A stretch of DNA of 64,000 bases from Gemmatimonadota bacterium (GTDB taxonomy: Bacteria; Gemmatimonadota; Gemmatimonadetes; Gemmatimonadales; GWC2-71-9). The notes below the pieces were generated by a model. That model saw only the letters and a program-made list of their open reading frames with translations. It did not search any database and was not told the DNA's origin. Both the position numbers and the translations under genes were made by a program. Below are positions 54,719-64,000 of this stretch, one piece after another; position 1 is the stretch's first letter, and each line of letters starts with the position of its first letter. The stretch spans positions 32,001-96,000 of the forward strand of contig JBDHAB010000005.1 of the NCBI GenBank assembly GCA_039588295.1, read 5' to 3'.

Positions 54719-55406
54719 TTCTTCCTTTCCTTGACGACATATCCGCCGCGAACGGCGTCAAGGTCCGAGCCTGTGTCGGTCGCCGAACGGTCCGGGTGAT
54801 TCGGTGCACATGCACCACTCGCTGCACGACGGTCACGACCGAGAGGACCGCGAGCACAGCCACCACCGCCGCGAGCAAGAACCCTTGGGGGCCGGCACTG
54901 AACACCAAGCTGGGGACGCCCAGGCCAAGAATCCGCTCCGCCCGCTGCACAATTCCCACTTTGCATTCCAACCCGAGTCCTTCCGCCCGCGCTCGGGCGT
55001 AGGACACCGTGAGACCGGCCACCAGCGCCACGAGAGTGGCGAGCAGCGCCGGCACCACCCATCCCTGGGGGACACCACCGGCCACGAAGAAGACCGCGAT
55101 CCCGGCGAACAGCGCCGACTCACCGATGCGATCCAACGTCGAGTCATAGAATGCACCGAATTTGGTGACGATGTTCCCCTCGCGAGCCACCCGCCCATCC
55201 AGCATGTCGATCACACCGCTCACGAGGAGCAGCAGGCCACCAATGCGGACCTGCGCGATCCCAAACGCCACTCCGGCGCCAACCAGGATCGTGGTGCCGA
55301 CCGTCGTGAGGGCGTTCGGCGACACCCCCGCCCGTGTCAGGTTCGCGACGAGCGGTGTGAGCAGGGCCTCGAAGCCCTGCCGGATGGGACGTGGTATCAG
55401 CGACAT
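54708..55406 (-). CDS. CDP-alcohol phosphatidyltransferase (PIP-synthase-like)
   Basis: SPNALT, DMLDGRVAR...FGAFYDSTLDR, VSYARARAEGLG...GIVQRAER. Confidence 0.88.
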   Translation of the reverse strand: MSLIPRPIRQGFEALLTPLVANLTRAGVSPNALTTVGTTILVGAGVAFGIAQVRIGGLLLLVSGVIDMLDGRVAREGNIVTKFGAFYDSTLDRIGESALFAGIAVFFVAGGVPQGWVVPALLATLVALVAGLTVSYARARAEGLGLECKVGIVQRAERILGLGVPSLVFSAGPQGFLLAAVVAVLAVLSVVTVVQRVVHVHRITRTVRRPTQARTLTPFAADMSSRKGRSGD

Positions 55407-55494
55407 TGCCGGAGGTTACAGGTCGCTAAGAATAACGGCGGCCAGGTACGGCGGCAATTCTGCCCCTGTGCCCATGCCTCGCCGGCTGCCGGTG

Positions 55495-56721
55495 TCAGCG
55501 ATACAGCAGATACGGCTGACTCAGGATCCGAAAGTCCGCGAGGTCGGCCCGCCAGGAGACCGCGAGCTCCGCGACGCCGTCGCGATCTGCAAGATCCTCG
55601 AGTATCACGTCGGTTCCGGCGAGCCTGGCAAAGCGCCGTGGATCCACACGGAAGGAATCCGGGTGCACCCGCGCGATCGCCCACACGAGCGCTACCGCCG
55701 TCTCAACGGGATCATAGACGGCACGGTCCAACACGGTGAGCCGGAGCGCCGCGATTGCCTGATCCGGATACTTCCCGTCTGGTGGGCTCCTCGGGGTCAC
55801 CACCGTATCGCGCAGGCCCACTCCCCGCCTGGCTCCAACGAGCGCACGCACGGCCTGAACGTCGAGCCACGGAGCGCCGAGGACTTGAAACGCGACCGGC
55901 GTGCCGCGGCCCACTGACAGATTCGTGGCCTCGAAGAGCACCGTTCCGGGGTAGTGGCTTGCACTCTCCAGGCTCGGCATGCTCGGCGACGGCCGAACCC
56001 ACGGAAGGCCCGTGGTGTCGAACCACAAGTCCCGGACCCACCCAGCGGCGGGAATCACGACCAGTTCCGCCCCGATATCGAGAAGGTCATTCCCCAATCG
56101 CGCCAACTCTCCGAGCGTCATACCATGGCGCAACGGCACGGGCAGCATGCCCACAAACGAACTGTGCGCGGTGTCGAGCACGGGTCCTTGAACCAACAGG
56201 CCTCCGATTGGGTTGGGCCGATCCAACACCAACACCGGCACTCCTGCCGCTCGGCACGCCCGCATGGCCAAGAGCGTCGTCGAGATGTACGTGTACGGGC
56301 GCGCTCCGATGTCTTGCAGATCGACCAGCAGCAGGTCGATGCGCCGCAACATGTCCGGTGTCGGGGCACGGACGTCCCCATACAGGCTGTACACCGGCAG
56401 CCCCGTCGCCGAATCCACGCCGTGACCAATGTCAGCTTGATCCAACACACCACGGTATCCGTGCTCCGGCGTGAGGATTGCACTAACTTGTGCATCGGCC
56501 TGGAGCAGGCGATCGAGATCGCTCACCCCGGCACGATCGATTCCAGTCTGATTGGTCAGCAGACCGGCACGCTTGCCGGCCAGCAGATGCATGGAGTCGT
56601 CGAGGAGCACGTCGATGCCAGGTCGTACGGTGACGGACGGCGAAGTCCCGCCACTGCACGCGGAGAGGAGCACTCCGCACCAGAGAACACCGAGCCCCAG
56701 GGGAATAATGCGATGCGTCAT
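55495..56721 (-). CDS. DUF1343 family exo-beta-N-acetylmuramidase NamZ-like lipoprotein
   Basis: Lipobox LSAC; GLLTNQTG, PEHG, DLQDIGAR.YTY, DRPNP, RHGMTLGE, PSPSMP, SVGRGT. Confidence 0.9.
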   Translation of the reverse strand: MTHRIIPLGLGVLWCGVLLSACSGGTSPSVTVRPGIDVLLDDSMHLLAGKRAGLLTNQTGIDRAGVSDLDRLLQADAQVSAILTPEHGYRGVLDQADIGHGVDSATGLPVYSLYGDVRAPTPDMLRRIDLLLVDLQDIGARPYTYISTTLLAMRACRAAGVPVLVLDRPNPIGGLLVQGPVLDTAHSSFVGMLPVPLRHGMTLGELARLGNDLLDIGAELVVIPAAGWVRDLWFDTTGLPWVRPSPSMPSLESASHYPGTVLFEATNLSVGRGTPVAFQVLGAPWLDVQAVRALVGARRGVGLRDTVVTPRSPPDGKYPDQAIAALRLTVLDRAVYDPVETAVALVWAIARVHPDSFRVDPRRFARLAGTDVILEDLADRDGVAELAVSWRADLADFRILSQPYLLYR

Positions 56722-59625
56722 ACGCTCGTTGCGGTAGCGGTTCTCGTGTCGGTCGGTGGGTGCAGCCACTCGACACCCCCTCCCACACCACCGGTCATTC
56801 CGGATCCGTATGCGGTTCTGCCGCCGGTGCAGGTGCCGTCGCCCTCAAAGATAACGGCCGAAGCACTTCTAGAGACGCTTTCTGTCCGGGAGAAGGCCGG
56901 CCAGCTGGTCATCCCCTGGCTCCTGGGCAACTACACGGCGTTCGACAGCGAGGAGTTCGACAGCCTCGCCACGTGGATCGACTCCCTGAACGTCGGTGGG
57001 ATCATCATTTCCGTGGGACCGCCGCTCGAGATTACCGCAAAGCTCAATGCGCTCCAGGCCCGCTCGCCGATCCCACTCTTGATCGCGGCTGACCTGGAAT
57101 GGGGATCGGGGATGCGGCTGCGCGGCGGCACCTCGTTCCCGATGCCCATGGCGATCGCCGCCACTGGACGCGTGTGGGACGCCTACGAGCTCGGTCGCAT
57201 CACGGCGCTGGAAGCCAAGTCGGTCGGGATCCACATGACGTTCTCCCCGGTCGCCGACCTCAACAACAATCCGAACAACCCCATCATCAACACCCGGTCC
57301 TTCGGCGAGAGCCCCGAACGGGTCGCCCCACTGATCGGTGCCTACATCCGGGGCGCGACCGAACACGGACTCTACACGACGGCCAAGCACTTCCCGGGGC
57401 ACGGCGACACCGACTTGGACTCGCACATCGAGCTCCCACTCGTTTCAGCCTGCTGGAATCGACTGGACACACTCGAGCTGGCACCGTTTCGCGTGGCGGT
57501 GCGTGCCGGCGTGACCGCGGTCATGACGGCACACGTCGCCGTGCCATGCCTGACCGTTGACAGCCTCGAGCCGGCAACCCTCTCTGACCGCATCATGTCG
57601 GCGGTGCTGCGCGACTCGCTCGACTTCGAAGGGTTAGTCGTGACGGATGCGCTCACGATGGGCGCCATCGTGCGGCAATACGGACCGGGGGAAAGCGCCG
57701 TCCGCGCCTTTCTCGCCGGGAGTGATCTGCTTCTCATCCCCGCCGATCCGCGGGCCGCTATCGACGCCATCGTCGCGGCCGTGGATTCGGGTCGTATCAC
57801 CCTGGAGCGGCTCGACCGATCGGTGGAGCGGCTCCTGACCCTCAAGCAGGATGCCGGGCTCTTCGACCAACGATTGGCGCCGCTCGACAGCGTGATGCAC
57901 ACGGTCGGACAGCGCGATTTCCAGGCGCTGGCCGAGGACATGGCCGCCCGCTCACTCACGCTCGTCGAGCGTGGCCCGATGGACGAGTTCCGTGAGCGGC
58001 GGGGCACGCTCGCCGTGATCGCCTACGGCCGGGAGACGAATCTGTCACTCGGTGGTCGCCTCGTGAGCGAGCTGCGCCGCCTCGGCGACACCGCGACGAG
58101 CTTCCGCCTGTTTCCGGCGTCCGGGGTTGCCTCGTACGATTCGGCCCGGGCCGTCATCGACAACAGCCCGAGGGTCGTGTTTGCCATCAACGTTCCGGTG
58201 GTATCGGGGTTGGGCCACGTCGCCATGCCGGACTCGCTTGCAGCCCTGATTCTCGCCACACAGGATGCCAAGCCGACCGTGCTCGCGTCATTCGGGAATC
58301 CGTACCTCCTCTCCCAGGTTCCGGATTACCGCGGGAGCTATCTACTCGCCTGGAGCGACATTCGTCCAACGGAGCTGGCCGTCGCACGGGCACTCGCAGG
58401 GGGCGCCGAGATCCAAGGAACGCTCCCGATCACCTTGTCGCCGGACCATGCGGCCGGCTCCGGCATGCGGATCCCCGCGGCGGCCCAACCCGACAGTGCC
58501 CTCGCGACCGGCGTGCCGGACCCGCGTCTCGCGGCCGACCCAACATTCGACGCTGCGCGGCTGGAGGGCGTTACCCGCTTCCTCGAATCCCAGGTGGCCG
58601 ATGGTGCCTTCCCGGGAGGCGTGATGGTCGTGGGGCATCGGGGCGCCGTGGTATACCGAACTGCCGTCGGGCGGTACGGTGAGGACGATCCGCGCCCCGT
58701 GACTGACAGCACGGTCTACGACATGGCCAGTCTTACGAAGGTCGTCGGACTCACGACCGCCGCCATGCTGCTCGTGGCCGAGGGCAAGCTGGATCTCGAC
58801 CGACCGGTCCAGGAGTACGTGCCCGGGTTCACCGGCCCCCGCAAGGCCGAGGTGCTCGTGCGGCATCTCTTGACCCACACCTCCGGGCTCCCCGCGTGGG
58901 TTCCCCTGCACCTGGCCACGGCGAATCGTGAGGATGCCGTGCGGCGGGTGCTGGAAGAGCCGTTGGCGTCCCGCCCCGACGACAATTACGTGTACTCGGA
59001 TCTTGGCGCCATCACACTCGCGCAGGTAGTCGAAGCCGCAGCCGAGCAGCCGCTCGACGAGTTTCTCGACATCAGGGTGTTCCAACCGTTGGGTATGCGG
59101 TACACCCGATTCCTACCGCCAGCGTCCTGGCGGCCATTCACGGCACCGACGGAACGGGACCCATGGAGAGGACGCGTGCTGCGGGGAGAGGTCCATGACG
59201 AGAACGCGGCGCGTCTCGGCGGCGTCTCCGGCCACGCTGGGTTGTTCTCCACCGGTCCGGACCTGGCCCGGTTCGCCCTGTGGATCCTCGACGCATACCA
59301 CGGACGTCTGCCGATCGATGCGCCAGTCCAACTCCCTGCCACAGTGGTGCGAGAGTTCACGCGTCGACAGCCGGGACCAGAGGGTTCGACGCGCGCACTC
59401 GGCTGGGACACGCCGACGCCTGGCGGGGGAAGGTCATCGGGCACCATGCTGTCGCCCGCGAGCTTTGGACACACGGGCTTCACCGGCACGAGTATCTGGA
59501 TCGACCCGCAGAAGGAAGTCTTCATCATCCTTTTGACGAATCGGGTTCACCCAACGCGGGAGAACCGGGCCCTGTTGAGCATCCGCGGCATGGTAGCGGA
59601 CTCGGTCCTGAGTGCGCTGCGGTAG
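56713..59625 (+). CDS. GH3 beta-N-acetylglucosaminidase fused to a beta-lactamase-fold serine hydrolase; lipoprotein
   Basis: Lipobox VGGC; KHFPGHGDTDLDSH and TDALTM (GH3 NagZ); SLTK, YSD, GHTG (serine hydrolase). Confidence 0.92.
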   Translation: MRHTLVAVAVLVSVGGCSHSTPPPTPPVIPDPYAVLPPVQVPSPSKITAEALLETLSVREKAGQLVIPWLLGNYTAFDSEEFDSLATWIDSLNVGGIIISVGPPLEITAKLNALQARSPIPLLIAADLEWGSGMRLRGGTSFPMPMAIAATGRVWDAYELGRITALEAKSVGIHMTFSPVADLNNNPNNPIINTRSFGESPERVAPLIGAYIRGATEHGLYTTAKHFPGHGDTDLDSHIELPLVSACWNRLDTLELAPFRVAVRAGVTAVMTAHVAVPCLTVDSLEPATLSDRIMSAVLRDSLDFEGLVVTDALTMGAIVRQYGPGESAVRAFLAGSDLLLIPADPRAAIDAIVAAVDSGRITLERLDRSVERLLTLKQDAGLFDQRLAPLDSVMHTVGQRDFQALAEDMAARSLTLVERGPMDEFRERRGTLAVIAYGRETNLSLGGRLVSELRRLGDTATSFRLFPASGVASYDSARAVIDNSPRVVFAINVPVVSGLGHVAMPDSLAALILATQDAKPTVLASFGNPYLLSQVPDYRGSYLLAWSDIRPTELAVARALAGGAEIQGTLPITLSPDHAAGSGMRIPAAAQPDSALATGVPDPRLAADPTFDAARLEGVTRFLESQVADGAFPGGVMVVGHRGAVVYRTAVGRYGEDDPRPVTDSTVYDMASLTKVVGLTTAAMLLVAEGKLDLDRPVQEYVPGFTGPRKAEVLVRHLLTHTSGLPAWVPLHLATANREDAVRRVLEEPLASRPDDNYVYSDLGAITLAQVVEAAAEQPLDEFLDIRVFQPLGMRYTRFLPPASWRPFTAPTERDPWRGRVLRGEVHDENAARLGGVSGHAGLFSTGPDLARFALWILDAYHGRLPIDAPVQLPATVVREFTRRQPGPEGSTRALGWDTPTPGGGRSSGTMLSPASFGHTGFTGTSIWIDPQKEVFIILLTNRVHPTRENRALLSIRGMVADSVLSALR

Positions 59626-59682
59626 TCCACCACGGCCAACCACGCGCGCCGTCACCGTCTTCGCCGCGCAACTCCTCCGAGT

Positions 59683-59734
59683 TCAACGCGTTACAGGCGG
59701 TCGCGTTGACACTCACGCCAGCACTCCCTAAGTT
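59683..59734 (+). promoter_or_regulatory. Sigma70 promoter of the iscA-like gene with an inverted repeat over the -35
   Basis: TTGACA(59706)-17-TAAGTT(59729); TCAACGCG-11-CGCGTTGA. Confidence 0.55.
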
Positions 59735-59759
59735 GCGCGAGCACATGGGAGGAACACGC

Positions 59760-60122
59760 ATGACGACGTCGCAACGTCCGGAAACGAGCGCCGAGGTCAG
59801 CCTGACCGATCAGGCGGTCGAGCAAGTGAAGAAGTTCATGGAGCAGGAGCAGGTACCCGAGGAAACGGCTGGTTTGCGCGTGTCGGTGCTGCCGGGCGGT
59901 TGCTCCGGGTTCAAGTACGGGCTCAACATTGAAGATCGTCCGCTGGACGACGACATCGTGTTGGAGGTCAAAGGCCTTCGCGTGTTTGTCGATCAGTTCA
60001 GCGCGCAGTACCTGAGCGGGACCATCGTCGACTACGTGTCGACGATGCAGGGCGCCGGTTTTACGTTCGAGAATCCGAACGCCACGGGCGGATGCGGGTG
60101 CGGTAGCTCGTTCACCGTCTAG
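59760..60122 (+). CDS. A-type Fe-S carrier protein (IscA/ErpA/HesB family)
   Basis: GLRVSV..GGCSGFKY, F.NPNATGGCGCGSSF. Confidence 0.94.
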   Translation: MTTSQRPETSAEVSLTDQAVEQVKKFMEQEQVPEETAGLRVSVLPGGCSGFKYGLNIEDRPLDDDIVLEVKGLRVFVDQFSAQYLSGTIVDYVSTMQGAGFTFENPNATGGCGCGSSFTV

Positions 60123-60152
60123 TCCCCTCGGTGGATCACGTGACTCGTCACT

Positions 60153-60187
60153 CGGGGCCTGCGGTCATCGCGGGCCCCGTTGTTATT
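60153..60187 (+). terminator. Intrinsic terminator after the iscA-like gene
   Basis: CGGGGCCTGCG-GTCAT-CGCGGGCCCCG followed by TTGTTATT. Confidence 0.7.
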
Positions 60188-60198
60188 GCCGCTGATTC

Positions 60199-61635
60199 AT
60201 GAGGCCGCTCGACTGGGCCGTCATGACGGCGTACTTCCTCGCCGTCATCGCCATCGGGATCCATTTCACACGCCGGCAACGCGACGCCTCCGACTACTTC
60301 CTCGGTCGCCACTCACTCCCGTGGTGGGCGGTCATGCTGTCGATCGTCGCCACGGAAACCTCCGCGCTCACTGTGATCTCCGTTCCCGGTCTCGCCGCCC
60401 GAGGCGACCTGCGATTCCTGCAGCTCCCCATCGGCTATCTGATCGGCCGCATCGGGGTGGCGGTCTGGTTGCTGCCTGGGTACTTCCGGGGCAAGAATGA
60501 GACTGCCTATACGAGGCTCGAGACGCGGTTCGGGCCCAAGACGCGGCGCGTGGCATCGGCAATCTTCATGGGCATTCGGGCGCTGGGCGACAGCGTGCGC
60601 GTATTTGCGACCGCGATCCCGCTGACCATCGTGACCGGGTGGTCCATCCCAATGAGCGTTGCCGTCGTCGCCAGCGTCACGTTGGTGTATACCTGGGCCG
60701 GCGGAATCAAGGCCGTCGTCTGGGTCGACGTCATGCAGATGGTGATCTACGTCGTGGGCGGGATCGCAACGCTCGTCGCCGCGGTCACGCTCGCGGGTGG
60801 CCTGTCCAGCGCGTTCGGAGACGGCTTGGCTGCGGGCAAACTCAGGATGGTCGACTGGTCCCTCTCGTTCAGCACCACGTACACGCTCGCCGGCGGGATC
60901 GTGGGTGGCGCCCTTCTCTCCGCGGCTTCCCATGGCACCGACCACCTGATCGTGCAGCGCCTCCTCGCCACACGCAGCTTATCGGATGCGCGCCGCGCCC
61001 TCGTGGGCTCAGGCGTGCTGGTCATCCTGCAGTTCGCGCTGTTTCTCCTCGTCGGGACCGCGCTGTGGGCGGCCGGCGCCGACAACCCGGACCTCGCGGG
61101 CGACGCGCTGTACCCGACGTTCGCCGTGGCCCGGCTGCCGATCGGCATTTCGGGGCTCGTCGTCGCCGGGCTCCTGGCCGCCGCCATGAGTACGGTGAGC
61201 TCCTCGCTCAACTCCCTCGCGTCGGCCGCAACGCACGATTTCTACGCGCCGCTTCGCCACCGCTCGGACCCGCGGCACCTCTTGAAGGTCGGGCGCTGGG
61301 CGACGGTGGGTTGGGCAGTGGTCCTGGCCGGCGGCGCCCTTTCGTTCCGATCGACCGACCAGCCTGTGGTCGAGCTGGCGCTCTCCATCGCGTCGATCAC
61401 CTACGGTGGCCTGCTCGGCACCTACATCCTCGGCGGCGTCCGCCGAGTGGCCCGGGAACGCGATGCGCTGGTCGCCATCACCGCCGCCACGGTGATCATG
61501 TTGGTCGTCGTGCTCGGAAAGCCTTGGATCTTCGAGAATCTGGCCTGGCCGTGGTACGTTCCGCTGGGAACCACCCTGACGCTGTTCGCCGGGTGGCTTT
61601 CCAGCGCCCTGTCGATCCGAAGAACTGCGCAATGA
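60199..61635 (+). CDS. Sodium:solute symporter family transporter
   Basis: DYFLGRHSLPWW, SIVATETSALT, YTWAGGIKAVVWVD, AAMSTVSSSLNSL. Confidence 0.92.
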   Translation: MRPLDWAVMTAYFLAVIAIGIHFTRRQRDASDYFLGRHSLPWWAVMLSIVATETSALTVISVPGLAARGDLRFLQLPIGYLIGRIGVAVWLLPGYFRGKNETAYTRLETRFGPKTRRVASAIFMGIRALGDSVRVFATAIPLTIVTGWSIPMSVAVVASVTLVYTWAGGIKAVVWVDVMQMVIYVVGGIATLVAAVTLAGGLSSAFGDGLAAGKLRMVDWSLSFSTTYTLAGGIVGGALLSAASHGTDHLIVQRLLATRSLSDARRALVGSGVLVILQFALFLLVGTALWAAGADNPDLAGDALYPTFAVARLPIGISGLVVAGLLAAAMSTVSSSLNSLASAATHDFYAPLRHRSDPRHLLKVGRWATVGWAVVLAGGALSFRSTDQPVVELALSIASITYGGLLGTYILGGVRRVARERDALVAITAATVIMLVVVLGKPWIFENLAWPWYVPLGTTLTLFAGWLSSALSIRRTAQ

Positions 61636-62570
61636 GACTCCTGATCGGCGTGGATGCGGGAGCGTCGCATACGGAGGCGGCGGTGGCGACGAGTCCCGAC
61701 CGGATCCTCGCCCGACAGCGTGGTGCACCCGGCTCCGTGCGTGCCGGCATGGAGGCAGAAGCCAGTGCAGCGATTGTCGAGGCGGTCCATGCTGCGCTGG
61801 CCCAAGTGGACACCGAGTGGGAATCGGCGGTGTTGGTGGTGGGTGCCGCTGGTGCCGGCAGAGCATCGGAGCGTCAGGCCTTGGAGCGCACGGTCGCCGG
61901 CACGCTCGGGCTCGACGCTCAGATCCGGGTCACGACAGACGGAGAGATCGCGCTGGAATCCGTCTTTCCCGGTAGACCGGGCCTCGTCGTCCTCGCCGGC
62001 TCCGGCTCGATCGGCTATGCGCGAGACACGGGTGGAACGTTGTGGCGGGTCGGGGGCCTCGGCTGGCGCATCGGAGACGAGGGAAGCGGATACGCACTGG
62101 CCCGCGACGCACTCGCGGCGGTTGGGCGCGCCGCAGACGGGCGCGGCAAGCCTACCGCGCTCGAAGCGCGGCTCTGCGAAGCTGCGGGTGTCACGGATAC
62201 CGACAGCCTCGCGCGCTGGGCACTCGCGGCATCTCCCAAAGGGATTGCGGGACTGGCACGGGTGGTATGTGACGTCGGTCAGCAGGGGGACGAGGTGGCC
62301 AGAGCGCTGATCGAACAGGCAGCAGCCAACCTCTGCCTCCACGTCGAGGCGCTGCTCAACCGCGTACCTGGCGTTGCCGGGCTTCCATTGGTGTTGGGCG
62401 GCGGCCTGCTCAGCGAGGGCTCCCCACTGCGCGCGACGTTGGTCGACCTCGTGCGGCGCCGTTGGCCCCACCTCCACGTCGTGCCCGGGCCGCTGGATCC
62501 GGTGGTCGGAGCGCTCCGGTTGGCGGACAGGTTACCGTCCGCGAACCGGAAGGCGGCGGGCGCTCCCTAG
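61632..62570 (+). CDS. BadF/BadG/BcrA/BcrD family sugar kinase (GlcNAc/MurNAc kinase-like)
   Basis: IGVDAGASHT, GAAGAG, AGSGSI, GGLGWRIGDEGSG; ATGA overlap with the symporter. Confidence 0.85.
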   Translation: MRLLIGVDAGASHTEAAVATSPDRILARQRGAPGSVRAGMEAEASAAIVEAVHAALAQVDTEWESAVLVVGAAGAGRASERQALERTVAGTLGLDAQIRVTTDGEIALESVFPGRPGLVVLAGSGSIGYARDTGGTLWRVGGLGWRIGDEGSGYALARDALAAVGRAADGRGKPTALEARLCEAAGVTDTDSLARWALAASPKGIAGLARVVCDVGQQGDEVARALIEQAAANLCLHVEALLNRVPGVAGLPLVLGGGLLSEGSPLRATLVDLVRRRWPHLHVVPGPLDPVVGALRLADRLPSANRKAAGAP

Positions 62571-64000
62571 CTACGATCCTCGCTGCGCTTCAACCGGCTT
62601 CCCGAGAATCCAGACCACCGCCAAAATCATCGCGAATCCCAACAGCAAGGAGATCCATGGCGACAGTCCCATCGCCGTGGGGATGTCGCCAACCGCCATA
62701 CCGACAACGGCGACGACGAGTGCGTACGGTAGCTGCGTGCGCACGTGGTCGACGTGGTCGCAGCCCGATGCCATGGAACTGAGAACCGTGGTGTCCGAGA
62801 TGGGCGAGCAGTGATCACCGAAAACCGATCCTGCCATCACCGACGAGATCGCGCCCAGCAGAATCGGGTAGTTAGGGCCACCGTCGATTGCCACGCCCCC
62901 GCCGAGCGCGACCGAGAGCGGGATGGCCAGAGGTAGCAGGATCGCCATCGTGCCCCACGACGTCCCGGTCGCAAACGAGATGAGGGCGGCCACGATGAAG
63001 ACGGCCACCGGGAGCATGGTGATGGGCATCCGATCCGACAGCGCGCTCGACAGGAACGGCGCCGTTTCCAGCTCCGTCGTGACCGCTCCCAGCGACCATG
63101 CGAGCACGAGGATTACCATAGCCAGAACCATTGCCCGCAACCCGTTGAGCCATGCTGTGACCGCCTCCGAGAGCCGCAGGATCCGCTGCGACACGGCCAA
63201 CGCAATGGCGACCAGGCACCCCAGGAGCGATCCCCAGAGCAACGTGCTGAACGGATCGGCGTTCCCGAGGATCTGCGAGAGGCCTGCAGGCTCCCCTTCG
63301 GGAATCGCCCGGTAGCCTGTGTAGAGGAGGCCGATCACGACGGTCACCACGACCGTGAGCACCGGCAGCGCTCCGTTCCACCAGCGGAGCGGCGTCCCTG
63401 GTGGTGCGCCCTCGAGTTCCGTGCTGGTGTCCGACGCGAGTTGTGCGGCGGGCCGAAACACTCCGCCCCCGGTGCTAGCGCGGCGCTCGGCAGCGAGCAT
63501 CGGTCCGAATTCCCGCCCGGTGAACAGCAGCGTACCCACCATGAACACGGCCAGAATCGGATAGAACAGGTACGGAATGGTCTGGAGGAACACGGCAAAG
63601 GGCGAGGCCGCCTGGAGCGAGTCCGCCAGCGCCGGATTGGCGGCGTTCTGCGCTGCAGTAAGCCGCAGGCCATCCCCGATCAATCCGATCTCGAACCCGA
63701 CCCAGGTCGATACGAACACCAAGACAGTCACTGGGGCCGCCGTCGAGTCGACGATATACGCCAGTTTCTCTCGCGAGATCTTGAGCTGATCGGTGAGCGG
63801 GCGCATCGTGTTGCCAACGATCAACGTGTTGGCGTAGTCGTCGAAGAAGATCAGAATCCCCGCGAGCCAGGTGGCGAACTGCCCGCGGCGGCGGGAGGTC
63901 GCCAGGGGCGTGACGGCATTCACGATTGCTCGTGTTCCGCCCATGCGACTCATGACACCGACCATCCCACCGAGCAGCAGCGAGAAGAGCACGATGGCGG
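62571..64000 (-). CDS. Na+/H+ antiporter NhaC family protein, 3' part
   Basis: IFFDDYAN, SREKLAYIVDSTAAP, FATGTSWGT, GDHCSPISDTT.LSS. Confidence 0.9.
   Translation of the reverse strand, partial: AIVLFSLLLGGMVGVMSRMGGTRAIVNAVTPLATSRRRGQFATWLAGILIFFDDYANTLIVGNTMRPLTDQLKISREKLAYIVDSTAAPVTVLVFVSTWVGFEIGLIGDGLRLTAAQNAANPALADSLQAASPFAVFLQTIPYLFYPILAVFMVGTLLFTGREFGPMLAAERRASTGGGVFRPAAQLASDTSTELEGAPPGTPLRWWNGALPVLTVVVTVVIGLLYTGYRAIPEGEPAGLSQILGNADPFSTLLWGSLLGCLVAIALAVSQRILRLSEAVTAWLNGLRAMVLAMVILVLAWSLGAVTTELETAPFLSSALSDRMPITMLPVAVFIVAALISFATGTSWGTMAILLPLAIPLSVALGGGVAIDGGPNYPILLGAISSVMAGSVFGDHCSPISDTTVLSSMASGCDHVDHVRTQLPYALVVAVVGMAVGDIPTAMGLSPWISLLLGFAMILAVVWILGKPVEAQRGS

Noticed and set aside
55954..56712. 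253-aa N-terminal extension of the GH3 ORF
   Set aside because: It is the antisense of the NamZ-like gene; the lipoprotein signal begins at 56713
58540..59625. Antibiotic-resistance beta-lactamase
   Set aside because: The domain is fused to GH3 NagZ in a cell-wall salvage context; an AmiE-like hydrolase is more plausible

Overview
High-GC (about 65-68% by eye), gene-dense bacterial chromosomal segment. Gene content and lineage-type hypotheticals suggest Gemmatimonadota, which is an inference. Almost all genes from 1 to 56.7 kb lie on the minus strand. It is mostly core housekeeping: ssb, ftcD, rimI-tsaB-tsaE, uvrB, relA/spoT, radC, secA, nadD, bamD, a nucleotide-sugar cluster (wbpD/E/B/A-like, ugd, uxs, gmd/rmd), murB, carB, rpmB, a free-standing rpmJ-rpsM-rpsK-rpsD-rpoA-rplQ operon, pyrF/pyrD, an amidase, smpB, tRNA-Leu(CAG), a copper-export cluster, ino1 plus a CDP-alcohol phosphatidyltransferase, and a peptidoglycan amino-sugar recycling cluster. 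The most notable signal is at 42.5-48.3 kb. Two genes that the ORF track splits at in-frame TGA codons read through with the TGA exactly at a catalytic Cys position: an AhpD-like protein (CxxU, with a SECIS-like hairpin) and a Cys-free BCP-type peroxiredoxin (TPGU). They are tightly packed with trxB and a lipoyl-bearing E2 acyltransferase, which suggests a selenocysteine version of a lipoamide/AhpD/peroxiredoxin relay (hypothesis). Other oddities are an intact but catalytically substituted IS200-like TnpA between E1-beta and E2, two heptamer repeat tracts, a head-to-head 9-bp start-codon overlap, and candidate Rrf2 operators. No CRISPR array, rRNA or prophage was seen.
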